Origin: a virus
Taxonomy: Duplodnaviria > Caudoviricetes
Virus record (IMG/VR): IMGVR_UViG_3300005405_000040
Coordinates: 1-49,380 of that record
Length of the DNA: 49,380 nucleotides
Direction: 5' to 3' (one strand)
Each line of letters starts with the position of its first letter. Position 1 is the first letter of the stretch. Of this stretch, positions 36,988 to 47,682 are shown piece by piece. The position numbers and the translations under genes are program-made. Under the pieces are notes generated by a model. The model was not told where the DNA came from and did not search any database. It saw only the letters and a list, made by a program, of their open reading frames with translations.

Positions 36988-37255
36988 TTTCTAGCTCCAA
37001 TATTTGGTCCTCTGGAAAAGCTAGGACGCTTCGTAGGACTTTTAGTCCACCTCGAAGTGCTTCGTCAGACTCCTGTATACTACGCTCATTTGGGGCCAGA
37101 GAAAGAAGGTCTTTTGCATCTTCAACTGACCCAGACATAAAAAATTCAAGATCCTTCCAACATCGGCTCATTAAAAAGCGCTTCCACTCCTCAATACTAG
37201 CCAAATACCCCTTCTGCTCTTCCGCGGCCTCACATGGCTGGCACAAGATTCCCAC
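36956..37255 (-). CDS. small protein downstream of portal
   Basis: Position; overlaps the portal stop. Confidence 0.5.
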   Translation of the reverse strand: MGILCQPCEAAEEQKGYLASIEEWKRFLMSRCWKDLEFFMSGSVEDAKDLLSLAPNERSIQESDEALRGGLKVLRSVLAFPEDQILELENDRRCDDTNQ

Positions 37256-39212
37256 TTTGAACCTCCTGTTGTACTAGCTCGTCTGACATGGTGGTTGCTT
37301 GAATTTGAGGTGCTTGTCTCAACTCAAATTCGTCTACATTTTTTGCTCCTGTCTGACTCATCACAAACTTAAAAAGTTTAAACACATCTACACGAGACTG
37401 TAAGACCTCACTGGCTCCAACAGCTTGAAGCATTTGGACATAGGTTTGATTGAAATTTCCTCCAGGTACTGAGCCATCACGCACGGTGACATCAAAATCA
37501 ATCGCCAAGTCTAAAGGAGAAACACCAATCCGACCTTGTTGAACACGTGGACCAAGATAGGCAGTGAGACGTTTTTCATTCTCACCTATTACTTTTATGT
37601 ATGTTTCCTTAGTCATTAGCTGTTGGGTATGTGAAGCAAACATATACCCTATATCTTGCATAGCCTGAAGTCCGATCATCCTTGCTATTCGTTCGAGCCG
37701 GTTCATTGCACTTGACTGAGTTCCTTGAAACTCAGCAGCACTTCTTCGTTCGCTTCCTGGACGCATAACTCCCATCATATTATGCGTTGCAGAAGAGGTT
37801 CGGTCCATAACATCCATAATAGCTGAGACATCTCGCATATTGTTAGCGGTGATATCATTCACCTGAAGCTGTTGAACAGCATCCTTCGCTGCGTTACTAC
37901 GGCCCCAGGCACTTTTTCTCAAACGGATAAGCTTCCCAGGCGCAGGATTTGCCAAGTCATCCATGTTAATAAGATAGGGGTCTACGATTAACATATCATT
38001 TATGGCTTTGCGCACATTGGCAACATGGGAGTTGAACATGAAATTTAGGGTATGCTGCAAGCCATAAACAATCTCGATTCGAGAAAGCGGAGTTACACTA
38101 CGCCCATCAAAATCAGGAGCACAAGTGCAAACAGGAAAGCGATTGTGATTCAGCCCAAGAGGCTTGGCTGCAATTATTACCTGATCGGCCGCAAGTTGAA
38201 AATACCACTTTTCAGGATATTCACCATCAGGATTAAACGCACTTCCTGAAAGATTAAATTCCTTTGGAATAAGCTTTTTAAACATATGTATTACATCAAC
38301 AGGCTTAGAAACTGTCTCGGTTACTTGGTCTCTAGTATTGCCACCTGTTTTCACACCTCGATTCGAATCATCTGTGGCGAACATAGCACTTCGCCGACTT
38401 GCCAGACGACTTAGGTATTTTACATTAAAAAGGTCAGGGTCATGGCGCTCCTGTTCAAGTAGGTCCATATATCCAATGGTTTCTACCCAGCCAGTGTATT
38501 CACCTTTTTGAACCTGCTCAATCCCATAAGAAGGATCAGGAAGGAAACGGTAGGGATCAATGTTGCTTAGTGTGTTTCCTTCGTAAATAAGCTCTTCAAC
38601 CGTCTTACGTGTTTTTGTAAAGCCAGCATCCTGCCCAAAAAGAGAAAAATTTGGCCTGTCAACAATACGTTCTCGCAGGCCCCATTCTTCATCCCAAGAA
38701 GGTGTTACTACGCCAATCCCGTAGGCGAGCGCATCTCGAAGCATGGTATGTAGTTGGAGTCCTACTTTCGACCGATTGCATTGCTGTTGGACTAGAAGTT
38801 CTAAAAGCAACGCACCGGTCGTATCCTCAGGGCCAACTCCCTCGTATTTGAAAATTGGGTCCTGCAAGAAGGCTGCAACCAAATAAGTAAGCACCGTCTC
38901 CATTGTTGCATAAGAGTAGGGAACAACTATGGAAATAGGCCGCCTTGTGTCTTTTTCCTGAACTTTTTGCTCTGCTTCGTCTGCTGGAATATAAGCCGTA
39001 AGACTTTCGTCTATACGATTCCAGCTTGCGTGGCGAGACTGCATAATTCGGTAGCTTTCTTGCGCACAGATGAAAAGCTCCTGTTTTAATTTCTCATGTG
39101 TAGACGAGCCGGGAGAAAGGTCAAGACTAGCAGGATAATTGTAATCAAACTTCTCCTGCGCTAGGCTCGAATAAGACTTAGTATAGATTGATCCTTGTAC
39201 TTTTGGAGGCAT
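37230..39212 (-). CDS. portal protein
   Basis: 660 aa; DALAYGIGV, IDPYRFLPDP, PGKLIRL, RSAAE; podovirus portal pattern. Confidence 0.88.
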   Translation of the reverse strand: MPPKVQGSIYTKSYSSLAQEKFDYNYPASLDLSPGSSTHEKLKQELFICAQESYRIMQSRHASWNRIDESLTAYIPADEAEQKVQEKDTRRPISIVVPYSYATMETVLTYLVAAFLQDPIFKYEGVGPEDTTGALLLELLVQQQCNRSKVGLQLHTMLRDALAYGIGVVTPSWDEEWGLRERIVDRPNFSLFGQDAGFTKTRKTVEELIYEGNTLSNIDPYRFLPDPSYGIEQVQKGEYTGWVETIGYMDLLEQERHDPDLFNVKYLSRLASRRSAMFATDDSNRGVKTGGNTRDQVTETVSKPVDVIHMFKKLIPKEFNLSGSAFNPDGEYPEKWYFQLAADQVIIAAKPLGLNHNRFPVCTCAPDFDGRSVTPLSRIEIVYGLQHTLNFMFNSHVANVRKAINDMLIVDPYLINMDDLANPAPGKLIRLRKSAWGRSNAAKDAVQQLQVNDITANNMRDVSAIMDVMDRTSSATHNMMGVMRPGSERRSAAEFQGTQSSAMNRLERIARMIGLQAMQDIGYMFASHTQQLMTKETYIKVIGENEKRLTAYLGPRVQQGRIGVSPLDLAIDFDVTVRDGSVPGGNFNQTYVQMLQAVGASEVLQSRVDVFKLFKFVMSQTGAKNVDEFELRQAPQIQATTMSDELVQQEVQSGNLVPAM

Positions 39213-39226
39213 TAAAACTCTCCTAA

Positions 39227-39925
39227 CTAGTCTAATATAAAAGGCGCTGTGGGAGCAGTAAAAACAGAAGTATAACGAGCAAAATTGGAAACCCTTAGCT
39301 CGTCAATATAACCATTTAGGCTATAAGACCCATCCCAGTCCCTACCAAGAACTAGCGAACTACCATCATACACATAACCATAGGCTCCGTCGTTTGCGGT
39401 ACTTCCTCTTTGTACGCCGTCAACAAAACAACGAATGAGGCCAGAAGCTTTTGTTACGGCAATATGATACCAGGTGGAAATAGATAATGTATAACTTGTA
39501 GGCCAACCAGGACCGAAAGATAAAACACCATTCTCAGTCCTAATAAAAAATTGCATCTGATAGGCTTTAGGTTGGGCTACAAAAGAGTGTCCGCCTGACA
39601 CATTCTCAAGACGACCAAAAAATTCAATTGTAAAATCCCCAAGCATTGGAAATGACTGGCACAGCACATAATCCCCAGAACCATCAAAATAACCACTACT
39701 GCCACCAAACTTACTCTGAGTAGTACTTATTTGAGCATTTGCGTAAGCTTGGGTAACCTTACCACAAACATCTGTAAATGTTGTCGAACCATTAGTTCCG
39801 TCCATATGAAGCAATAGTACTGTGCTAACAGCAGTGGCTCCTATAAGGCTAGTTAATTGTGGGGTAGTTCCAGCTGCCTTAGACACACCATCTACAATTC
39901 GTGAACGATAAAAGCCACCAATCAT
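39227..39925 (-). CDS. LamG/concanavalin-A-like domain protein
   Basis: LLLHMDGTNGSTTFTD, SKFGGSS, WYHIAVT, GYIDELRVS, ARYT..FTAPTAPF. Confidence 0.85.
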   Translation of the reverse strand: MIGGFYRSRIVDGVSKAAGTTPQLTSLIGATAVSTVLLLHMDGTNGSTTFTDVCGKVTQAYANAQISTTQSKFGGSSGYFDGSGDYVLCQSFPMLGDFTIEFFGRLENVSGGHSFVAQPKAYQMQFFIRTENGVLSFGPGWPTSYTLSISTWYHIAVTKASGLIRCFVDGVQRGSTANDGAYGYVYDGSSLVLGRDWDGSYSLNGYIDELRVSNFARYTSVFTAPTAPFILD

Positions 39926-39934
39926 ACTAAAATC

Positions 39935-40297
39935 CTACGAATTGGTAATCCGATTAACTTGCCCATAGGCTATTAGAACATTTGTTACTGAGGCGTATGC
40001 TCGAATCTCAAGGGCATTTTGGATACGAAAACCAGGAATAACACACTTTACTGTGTCTTGTGCCAACACCGTATACTTAATATCATTGTCTGGACTTGTA
40101 GTCCCACCCCACTGCACAGTTACTACAACACTAGCTGTATGTGAGTTGTAAAAATGTAGGACTACTTCATCACATTGAGTAGTGGTGCTAGCAACAGCGG
40201 TGTGAAGAAGTGTGCCAGAACTAGCTGTGGCTGCGATTTTCACGCCTTTTCCATACACACTTTCGCTAATAATTAGTGCTGTTGCGGTAGAGGCCAT
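39935..40297 (-). CDS. virion-associated hypothetical protein
   Basis: beta-rich; ends YGQVNRIT. Confidence 0.6.
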   Translation of the reverse strand: MASTATALIISESVYGKGVKIAATASSGTLLHTAVASTTTQCDEVVLHFYNSHTASVVVTVQWGGTTSPDNDIKYTVLAQDTVKCVIPGFRIQNALEIRAYASVTNVLIAYGQVNRITNS

Positions 40298-40305
40298 AAA
40301 AGCTC

Positions 40306-40692
40306 CTAATAACCAAACACTTGCGCTAAGGCATAATCAAAACCACCACCACTACTCAAGGCGGAATCAATTCCCTTAAGATGTGCGGCTAAATGATCTA
40401 CATTTCCCGCTTCAGCCAGAGAACTATCAGGAGAGTAATTCGTTGGAGTAAAGTCAATATCCAAGCGATCTCCGTCTATTTCATCACTACCATCTTTAAT
40501 ATGCGTAGAAGCATGTGTAGCAGTTGAAGGTGTCTGTGCGACTAAATTCCCGGTACCATCATTGTATAGGTAACCAGGAGTGGCCGAGCGAGGAAAGTTA
40601 TAAGTATAAGCGTCAACTGTTAGATCTGAGAACTCAGCATCGTCATATAGATAAGGACCATAAGACCCGAAAGAAATCTCTTTAGTGGCCAT
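40306..40692 (-). CDS. tail-fibre-like hypothetical protein
   Basis: HASTHIKDGSDEI motif typical of fibre proteins. Confidence 0.5.
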   Translation of the reverse strand: MATKEISFGSYGPYLYDDAEFSDLTVDAYTYNFPRSATPGYLYNDGTGNLVAQTPSTATHASTHIKDGSDEIDGDRLDIDFTPTNYSPDSSLAEAGNVDHLAAHLKGIDSALSSGGGFDYALAQVFGY

Positions 40693-40969
40693 CTTGGGAT
40701 CTCCTACAGTGTTCCTCTAGCTTTTGTGCATTTGTGGTAGTAGCTTGTGTTGTAACTGCAATTTTCTTATCCATCTCTGCTATGTAAACCAAAAGGGCGA
40801 TAATAAGAGGGGTAAGTAGTACAACTAAAGCAGTAATAATAGAAAGAAACCACTTTCCAATGTTAGCCAGCCAAGCTACATTAGTAGAGAGTTTTTGTAG
40901 AGCTAAGAGTAAGTCTTCATGATACTCACAAGGATTAGGCAAGCTAAACTCTCCTTTCTTATAGGACAC
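40682..40969 (-). CDS. single-TM membrane protein (holin-like)
   Basis: WFLSIITALVVLLTPLIIALLVYI hydrophobic span. Confidence 0.5.
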   Translation of the reverse strand: MSYKKGEFSLPNPCEYHEDLLLALQKLSTNVAWLANIGKWFLSIITALVVLLTPLIIALLVYIAEMDKKIAVTTQATTTNAQKLEEHCRRSQDGH

Positions 40970-42443
40970 GCCAGTTGTCTTCTAGTTCTGGGAGTGATTT
41001 TTCTCCTACATTCCAATCATCAAAAGGTTCAAGGTCGTCATCGTTGTAGAAGTATTTCATACCATGTTCTAGGAGTTCTACGATGTAAGCAAGCGCGTCA
41101 ATGGCATCAAAGCGTTTGCATTTTGGAAAGGAGAGGAGTTGTTGTTCGATTACCGTGCAAACGGCTTTGTTGTGAAAAACCTGTCCTCTTCGATAGAAGG
41201 GAACAAGAGCTGGAATACGTTTTTCAATCTTGCCAGTTCGGGCGTTTAGGGGATGGTATTCAAGCTGAAGCCCACTTTTAGCTATGGCTGCTTTGATTGG
41301 ATAGGAGATAAACTCATTTAGGCTTGTTTCTTCCACCGCGAGTACGCGGGCCTTAAGCCGGCGACACATGTTAATGGCCTGGTCTATCGTCTCATCTGGG
41401 TGCATTTTTGCTGCTATTACATCACGGATGTAAAGCTCACCATTTGTCCGATTAATGCCAACTCCAATAATGGCGCTCTCAGCGGAGTGCGGCTTAACAG
41501 TTTTAGCTGGGTCGAGAAGGACTACGTTTTCAATATCATGGTTTGCGTCGAGTTCAAAATCATTGGTATAATATTTGAAATACTCGCGGCGAAAGGTAGC
41601 ATCAGAAGAGGCAATAGGAATGTTTCTGAGTTCCATGAAGAAGGTATCGAGCATTCCTGCTTCTTCGTAGGCATTATATTCAGCCTGGATTTGTTCATTG
41701 GACATATAATTGGGGGCATTTGAATGGAGTTCATCGTCGCAAATCTCAAGGGTTAGTGTTTTCCAATCCTTGTGTTCGATTAAGTTCTGAAGAAGGGAAT
41801 CCTCGTGTTTAATGGTGTCGATGTAAATTATACGCCAATCGTTCTTGTAATGGTTTACACAACGGAGAAGATCGGAAAAGAACCATTCTTTAAGCTTTTT
41901 TCGGTTTTCCTCATTTTGAATCGTTTCCTTATTCTCAAGGTCGTCAACAATTATAAGCTGAGGACGGTGATTGTTCCAATTCATTCCTCGAACTTGCTGT
42001 CCAGCACCACGAGGGAGAACGAGAGTGTTGCCAAAGGCGACCCAGGTTAGTTTTGAAAAGGAGTCATCGAGCCCCTCAGCTTCGGAATACTTGATGTCTC
42101 CAAACAATTCACGGATAATAGGACTGGTTCTTAGGTCGCGCTTTAGGTTCTCTGTTTGCATTTCTGCAACGGTTGAAGAGTTTGAGACATAGAGGCAGAA
42201 GTTAATGTCCCGATAGAGGATTCCTTTTGCTGCAACGGTTCGAGCTATTGAAGTCTTCCCAAGGCCGCGTGGCGCGGCAATAGCTATCTTATTGTAGCCG
42301 CTATCGACCAGGTCGAAAATTTGATCGTGAAGACCAGAAAACTCGGAATAAAAAATATCAGGAAACAGCTCAGTTGCTGTTAGCCGAGTAGAGAGGCTAC
42401 AAAGTCCTAAAAAGTCTTGTATTTCCGGAGAGTGCTTAAGCAC
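40959..42443 (-). CDS. terL: terminase large subunit
   Basis: Walker A APRGLGKT, QVRG...RPQLIIVDDLE, nuclease LDPA...DAIDALAY. Confidence 0.93.
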   Translation of the reverse strand: MLKHSPEIQDFLGLCSLSTRLTATELFPDIFYSEFSGLHDQIFDLVDSGYNKIAIAAPRGLGKTSIARTVAAKGILYRDINFCLYVSNSSTVAEMQTENLKRDLRTSPIIRELFGDIKYSEAEGLDDSFSKLTWVAFGNTLVLPRGAGQQVRGMNWNNHRPQLIIVDDLENKETIQNEENRKKLKEWFFSDLLRCVNHYKNDWRIIYIDTIKHEDSLLQNLIEHKDWKTLTLEICDDELHSNAPNYMSNEQIQAEYNAYEEAGMLDTFFMELRNIPIASSDATFRREYFKYYTNDFELDANHDIENVVLLDPAKTVKPHSAESAIIGVGINRTNGELYIRDVIAAKMHPDETIDQAINMCRRLKARVLAVEETSLNEFISYPIKAAIAKSGLQLEYHPLNARTGKIEKRIPALVPFYRRGQVFHNKAVCTVIEQQLLSFPKCKRFDAIDALAYIVELLEHGMKYFYNDDDLEPFDDWNVGEKSLPELEDNWRVL

Positions 42444-42490
42444 CTAAGATCCTTTTGGTCTGTTCGATTCTTGAACAAGCCTATTAGTTT

Positions 42491-43279
42491 CTAACCCACG
42501 CTAACAAACATTTCAGTTGCCCACAAGAAACGCTTTGTGAAGGGTGGAAAGGTTTTATTCCAATGGGCTGCATTCAAATTGCCGATTAATCCAAGCTTAT
42601 TAGCTAGATACCGCTCCAGCCGCATGATATTCTCAACACCTACGTCCTGACTACAGAACCATGCCGCCGCGATCACGCATGTCATCCACCGATTGCCGTA
42701 GTAGTTGGCCCCCAAATTGCATCGGTTAAACGTGCCGCTTGCATTGGTTCCGCCTGCCACGGAAAGAACACCCTGCCGCTGAAAGCTCTTCCCGCCCGTG
42801 CTGTTTCGCATGGAGGCGAAAATCCACGAGCTTGCGTTGAGATCCCCACCCACGGAAACTCCCTGAACGTCTCCATATGCAGCAGTGGACCCGCCTCCCG
42901 TCTCGATCCGGCAAAGCTGCCTCGAAGCAGGGTCAAAGCCAGTCGTAAGGGATATCGGATTTTTCCACTCTTGCGCGGTATTGGAATAGACCAGGCACCC
43001 GAAAGAGAAATTGTTTGCTGCTACATCCCCCACGTTTCGCGTCAAGAAAGTGTTGAAACCATTCGAGAAAGCGGCGCCGCGCACACCGCCGACCGATACT
43101 TGCCAGGGCTGTGAACCGTAGTAGGCGAAAGATCCCGAACCGTGGACAGCATTCCAGGTTGAAATATACGAGCCATCCGAAGGAAGCGTGTCAGGATCGG
43201 CATAAATCACAAGGCCGGGCAGGCTTGCCGGTGTCCACCCTTGCCACTCAGTCGAGGGTTTTGAAACGTTACTTGCCAT
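42491..43279 (-). CDS. ConA/LamG-like virion or receptor-binding protein
   Basis: WTPASLPGLVIYAD...LERYLANKLG; paralog of the next ORF. Confidence 0.6.
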   Translation of the reverse strand: MASNVSKPSTEWQGWTPASLPGLVIYADPDTLPSDGSYISTWNAVHGSGSFAYYGSQPWQVSVGGVRGAAFSNGFNTFLTRNVGDVAANNFSFGCLVYSNTAQEWKNPISLTTGFDPASRQLCRIETGGGSTAAYGDVQGVSVGGDLNASSWIFASMRNSTGGKSFQRQGVLSVAGGTNASGTFNRCNLGANYYGNRWMTCVIAAAWFCSQDVGVENIMRLERYLANKLGLIGNLNAAHWNKTFPPFTKRFLWATEMFVSVG

Positions 43280-43292
43280 TTCTTGCCCCTCC

Positions 43293-44099
43293 CTATGCCG
43301 CGCTCAGAAAGACTTCAGCGCTCGTGAATGTCCGGTTCTGCTTTTGATAGTACGGATGTGCAGAGTTAAGAGCCACGTTGCTAAAAGCTGCCAAGTAGCC
43401 TTCAATATCTTCTATTTGAGTTGTGGTTAAATTGGCAGCGGCGCCTTGTAAGTGCAAGCAGTCCAGAATATTGACATTACTGAGGTAGTCAACAATGGAA
43501 TTGTATACTGCATTGCACCCGATATTTAGAGTGTTTGTCGGGTCTACTCCGGCAACCGTGCTTACACTCTGTACCTGAATGCCATTCAATCGAAAGCTAA
43601 CTGTGCTTGGCCCGGGCAACCATTTCAGAACAGCTATACTCTTGCCCGTCCTTAGAGTTTGATTGGTCCCTGCGCCAGTGCTAGCAACGGTAGGCCACTG
43701 AAAGCTAATCGTGTTATTGCCTACAATTATCCCCAGATGCCCCCGCCAACCACTTGAGTTCCACGCACCTTCAATGATGCTGCCCGCCGCAATAGCAGGA
43801 TTAGGCACATCAATGACAGCTACAAACAGATGCTGTGTGTCGTTAGGGTTACCCAACGAAGACATGTCGTATTGCTGCACTCCGGTGAACACCGCTTCGC
43901 CATTCGTCAGTGCTGCTCTTTTTGCATCCGTGGCTTGTGTTCTTGCTCCACCACTTCCGAGATTAGTGAAAGAGGAAATCTTTCCATTTATCAGGGTGTT
44001 CGCGGCCTGCACCGTGGAAATCCAATGCCTTATAGTAGCAAAGGTTAACGGATTTTGCGTAGGCCAGTATCTTGCTGCCTTGGATACATTGTCAGCCAT
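43293..44099 (-). CDS. ConA/LamG-like virion or receptor-binding protein
   Basis: RLNGIQV, LNIG, IEGYLAA...HPYY. Confidence 0.6.
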   Translation of the reverse strand: MADNVSKAARYWPTQNPLTFATIRHWISTVQAANTLINGKISSFTNLGSGGARTQATDAKRAALTNGEAVFTGVQQYDMSSLGNPNDTQHLFVAVIDVPNPAIAAGSIIEGAWNSSGWRGHLGIIVGNNTISFQWPTVASTGAGTNQTLRTGKSIAVLKWLPGPSTVSFRLNGIQVQSVSTVAGVDPTNTLNIGCNAVYNSIVDYLSNVNILDCLHLQGAAANLTTTQIEDIEGYLAAFSNVALNSAHPYYQKQNRTFTSAEVFLSAA

Positions 44100-45397
44100 T
44101 AGGGCACCTCCACGAGAACCACTTTAGCCGTCGATATAGTCCGGGCATTCATCTCGATGAGACACTTGGCTGTGCGATTCGGAGCCGATCCCGTCAACGA
44201 ATAAACCATAAAATTCAGCTCGGTACCCAGGTCATCACGAAAACGTAGACCTCCAGAATCGTAAGCCGCGGGAGGGAATTCAATGGCCTCGCCGCTCAGA
44301 TGAAACTGAAAGCCAGAGGCATTAACCGACTCGCCCACATTGAGCTCGATAAGATCCCCAGCAGCCAGGTTGAGCACTATACTATTCCGGGTTACGGTCG
44401 TTCGGATGTTAATGTTGACGAAGAAGGTCGTTTTGAATGTTTGCCACGATCCCCACGGAAGGGGAATGACACGCCCGTCTTTATTGATTTCGTGGCGCGC
44501 CCTCCAATGATGCTGCGTCACACCGGCGAGATTTATCAGTGTCGGCACGTCTACGGCGCCGTCAAGCGACCGATCTGATACAATCACCTGATCTGATGCA
44601 CGACGAATTTGCACTTCAGTTTTCGATACATCGTAGTCAAGGGTTTTGGTAGCGACATACGTGCCTTTGGCCGCGCTCATAGTCGGAGTGAGCGAAACCC
44701 CAACTGCTCCCGCAGCAGGACTACTCTGCACAATTGTGGGGAACACAAGATCGGCAGGAAGCAGCGCAACATGCTCTTCCTTCTGTCGATCAACAGCCCT
44801 CCAAGGTTGCGAAAAGTCGGCATTTGTGATGAGGCTGAAATTCGCCGTGCTCATAAGCATCCCGTGAAACTCAGCGCCCTCAGAGTAATCAAGGATCGGC
44901 AGGTCAATTTTCACTTCCGAATTGGCTGGAAACTTAGAGGCTGGATACGCCTGAGAATACACTAGAGGTCCCGTGTCATCATGGCCGCGATGTATCGTGA
45001 ATGTTACCGGCTGAGTAGCGGCAATGGAGCCAGTCTTGTAGTACAAAGCACTTGCCATGTAACCCTGATTGGGAACGGTGTTGTAATCGTAATCCGTACC
45101 GCCCCATTCATGAGTGAAATCGCCTTCCACTTCAGGATCGTCCCCGGCCACGCCATGCGTCACTACCCGCATTTCCTTAGCGCTGATAACCGGCATGTAA
45201 ACCGTACCGTTGCTGCCGCTGTCGGATACTGGGGTACCAGCATAAGTGGTCCAAAAAGTGGCACCAGGAGCCTGGCTTGACAAGTGATGCCCTGTCATTC
45301 TTAACTTAGTATTAAGGAGGGTCATAATGCCAGTAGACGCCTCCACGCTAAAAACATTTGCTGCTACAGCAGAAGGACTTCCCTTTTTTATGGCCAT
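44099..45397 (-). CDS. virion-associated protein with FN3-like segment and DUF2341-like C-terminus
   Basis: HWRARH...WGSWQTFKT; DSGGLRFRDDLGTELNF. Confidence 0.5.
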   Translation of the reverse strand: MAIKKGSPSAVAANVFSVEASTGIMTLLNTKLRMTGHHLSSQAPGATFWTTYAGTPVSDSGSNGTVYMPVISAKEMRVVTHGVAGDDPEVEGDFTHEWGGTDYDYNTVPNQGYMASALYYKTGSIAATQPVTFTIHRGHDDTGPLVYSQAYPASKFPANSEVKIDLPILDYSEGAEFHGMLMSTANFSLITNADFSQPWRAVDRQKEEHVALLPADLVFPTIVQSSPAAGAVGVSLTPTMSAAKGTYVATKTLDYDVSKTEVQIRRASDQVIVSDRSLDGAVDVPTLINLAGVTQHHWRARHEINKDGRVIPLPWGSWQTFKTTFFVNINIRTTVTRNSIVLNLAAGDLIELNVGESVNASGFQFHLSGEAIEFPPAAYDSGGLRFRDDLGTELNFMVYSLTGSAPNRTAKCLIEMNARTISTAKVVLVEVP

Positions 45398-45408
45398 AGG
45401 CTTATTCC

Positions 45409-45729
45409 TTATACATAAAGAAAATCCACACCCTCACCAGCAATTTCCGAATCAATGTAAAAATTACTAGGATCTATACAATAATCAGACTGGGCTAGGT
45501 CTATTGATACATCCTGACCAGCAGTTAAGATAATCTGTGGCGCGGTTAACTTATTTACTGTAGAGGTGCCAAAGTAAATATTATTAGTATTTGTTGTTTT
45601 TGCTCTTACATAAAGCATCCGAATATTAATACTCACGTCACTGAGAGGTTCAGCACTACCAGAAATCGATACAAGTTTACTTCCTGCAATTGGAATAAGC
45701 TTTGTTGGAACTATAGAAGTTGTAGGCAT
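45409..45729 (-). CDS. hypothetical virion protein
   Basis: VRAKTTNTNNIYFG...GEGVDFLYV; common small phage fold. Confidence 0.55.
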   Translation of the reverse strand: MPTTSIVPTKLIPIAGSKLVSISGSAEPLSDVSINIRMLYVRAKTTNTNNIYFGTSTVNKLTAPQIILTAGQDVSIDLAQSDYCIDPSNFYIDSEIAGEGVDFLYV

Positions 45730-45740
45730 TAGATCTCCTA

Positions 45741-46250
45741 TTACTGAGGGTCGTTCAATTCTCGAACAGACCGTTCGATGTATTCTACATCCACAATGCC
45801 ACTTTCAATTGCGCGTTGTTTCGCACGCTCTTTGATGGCTATCACCTCATCCCCAGTTAAGTGTGCTACGGCTCCCTGAACTTGGACTCGTTGCGGCTTT
45901 ACATGACCTGCGATGCCTATTGTTTCGAAGGCATATTTTAAGCGAAGAGCGCTGGGTTGGTTTGGATCTCGAATTAGGTCCTTTGCTATGTCCCACGCTT
46001 CTGCGGCGAAATCTTGAATATCCTTTGCAATGTCGAGAGTTGCGGCGTCGCGGACGCCACGAAGAATGGCTAGTTGCATTCGACCTTTTGAGCCGTTCGT
46101 AGCATTGCAAACGGTTGCTTCGGTTACACCAAGCAACTCGGAAATTTGCTTCGGCTTGAAACCGAGTAAGCTTAGGCGAATGATTTCATGGTGGGAATTG
46201 TTTAGATCTTTAAGCTGATAGGCTCGTTCCTCACACGCTTGACGGCCCAT
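45741..46250 (-). CDS. terS: putative terminase small subunit
   Basis: N-terminal HTH (KQISELLGVTEATV), helical core, VDVEY tail; upstream of terL. Confidence 0.55.
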   Translation of the reverse strand: MGRQACEERAYQLKDLNNSHHEIIRLSLLGFKPKQISELLGVTEATVCNATNGSKGRMQLAILRGVRDAATLDIAKDIQDFAAEAWDIAKDLIRDPNQPSALRLKYAFETIGIAGHVKPQRVQVQGAVAHLTGDEVIAIKERAKQRAIESGIVDVEYIERSVRELNDPQ

Positions 46251-46583
46251 TTTAAGCTCCTTACTTTTAGGCTTGTTCAGGGAATGTACAAGCCGGCTTT
46301 GTTGGTTCGTTTAGTCCGTCTTCTTTGGAAGGTTCAGAAGTCTCAGGAAAGAAAAGCTGCCCACCCCGGGCGGTCCAGAGTTCTTTGAGTTCCATTTCTT
46401 TCTCCTTTGTTTAGCTTCGGCAATGGGTGGGTAGCGGCAGTGCCTAGTCACCACTCACAATGGCTTCCACCCATCTTGCCTCTCGCTAACAATCCAGCAG
46501 CCACTTCTCGCCTTCGGCAATTTGGCCTCGCTGTGTGCTAGGAACGAAGCGCCGAGCGGAGCGGAGCTGGAGATTACTCCGTA

Positions 46584-47039
46584 TCAGTGTATGTCCTCAT
46601 GATCCGAGTCGATGTCGAAGAAGCGAATCCGGCCGATTTGCCGAACGAATTTCTCTTTCGTGGCCCAGCACGGGGCGCTGATTGAAGTGTCGAAATAGGA
46701 GTCTGCGCCTGGCGCGGGGTTCTCACTAGAACCGCTTAGGACTTCGCACGCAATCCGCAACGCGCGGAGCCAACTTGCGTCGCTCGAATCAGAGGGCCAA
46801 GTCGTGAGCTGCGGGTCGCCCTTGAACGTAAGACTGGAATATTGAAGGCGTTTGAATAGTACCGAACAGATGTCGGAGCCCCACCATGCCGGTCGAGCAA
46901 CCCGATTAAGAATCGAAAAAGCAACGGCTCGTTGGCATTCTTCGCTCTCTCCGCGAGCCTCACGCCAAACGGTTAGCGCGAGAAACGTGAGTTCGGCTTG
47001 CGCTGTTAGACACTTATGGAAGGCGGAAACGATTGGCAC
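46584..47039 (-). CDS. cell wall hydrolase (SleB/Hydrolase_2) endolysin
   Basis: LALTVWREARGE...AVAFSILNRV...QYS...GADSYF...PCWA...IGRIRFF. Confidence 0.9.
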   Translation of the reverse strand: MPIVSAFHKCLTAQAELTFLALTVWREARGESEECQRAVAFSILNRVARPAWWGSDICSVLFKRLQYSSLTFKGDPQLTTWPSDSSDASWLRALRIACEVLSGSSENPAPGADSYFDTSISAPCWATKEKFVRQIGRIRFFDIDSDHEDIH

Positions 47040-47051
47040 TTCGTGCTCCTC

Positions 47052-47252
47052 TCAGCTCTTTCGATTTGACTGCAAGTAACCGAGCAGCCCGGTCGCTATT
47101 GGCAGCGCAACTTCTGTTGCTCGGTCGAGAAAAACCGATGCGAGTGCAACAAGCGCTAGGGCGAAAACGGTTAGGGCCTCACTCGTTGGCGGAGGCCAGT
47201 TTTCTGGAATTAGTCGGTTTGGTCGGTTTGGTCGGTCGACTGAGAACTCCAT
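47052..47252 (-). CDS. small membrane protein, possible holin
   Basis: Two hydrophobic segments; GAGGAG RBS; immediately upstream of the endolysin. Confidence 0.5.
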   Translation of the reverse strand: MEFSVDRPNRPNRLIPENWPPPTSEALTVFALALVALASVFLDRATEVALPIATGLLGYLQSNRKS

Positions 47253-47653
47253 TCGTTCGGCTCCTCTTGTTAATTCTAATTCTTCCTATCTACTTTTGCA
47301 CACTTGTCTTGAAAAAGCAAGTAATATTATTCATGTGTATTAATAACATTCTTGTTCACTACACCGACCCAGCAATTCGCAGAATTGTGAATCGCAATTC
47401 GCGCGGAGCTCGAAAATAGGCTTGTTCGAAAGTCGAACACACCTATTTCGCATTCTGTTTCGCAGAATGCGAAACGCACCTGACTTCGAAAGTTCTCACA
47501 AGAGTTAACAAGAGTCATACCCTTTCGCACTCCAACTTTTCCTGCACCCAACGAGCGGGGGCTCATTTCCCCTAAGGCCAGGCCCTCCATGTGACTCATT
47601 TCAGGCGCATCGCGCTTCCGAGTGCGAGCGGCGTTGCGGCGGAACTCGAATAG

Positions 47654-47682
47654 TTGACAAGAGTGAACCATTCTGATAGTAT
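47654..47682 (+). promoter_or_regulatory. strong sigma70-type promoter
   Basis: TTGACA-17 bp-TAGTAT. Confidence 0.8.
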
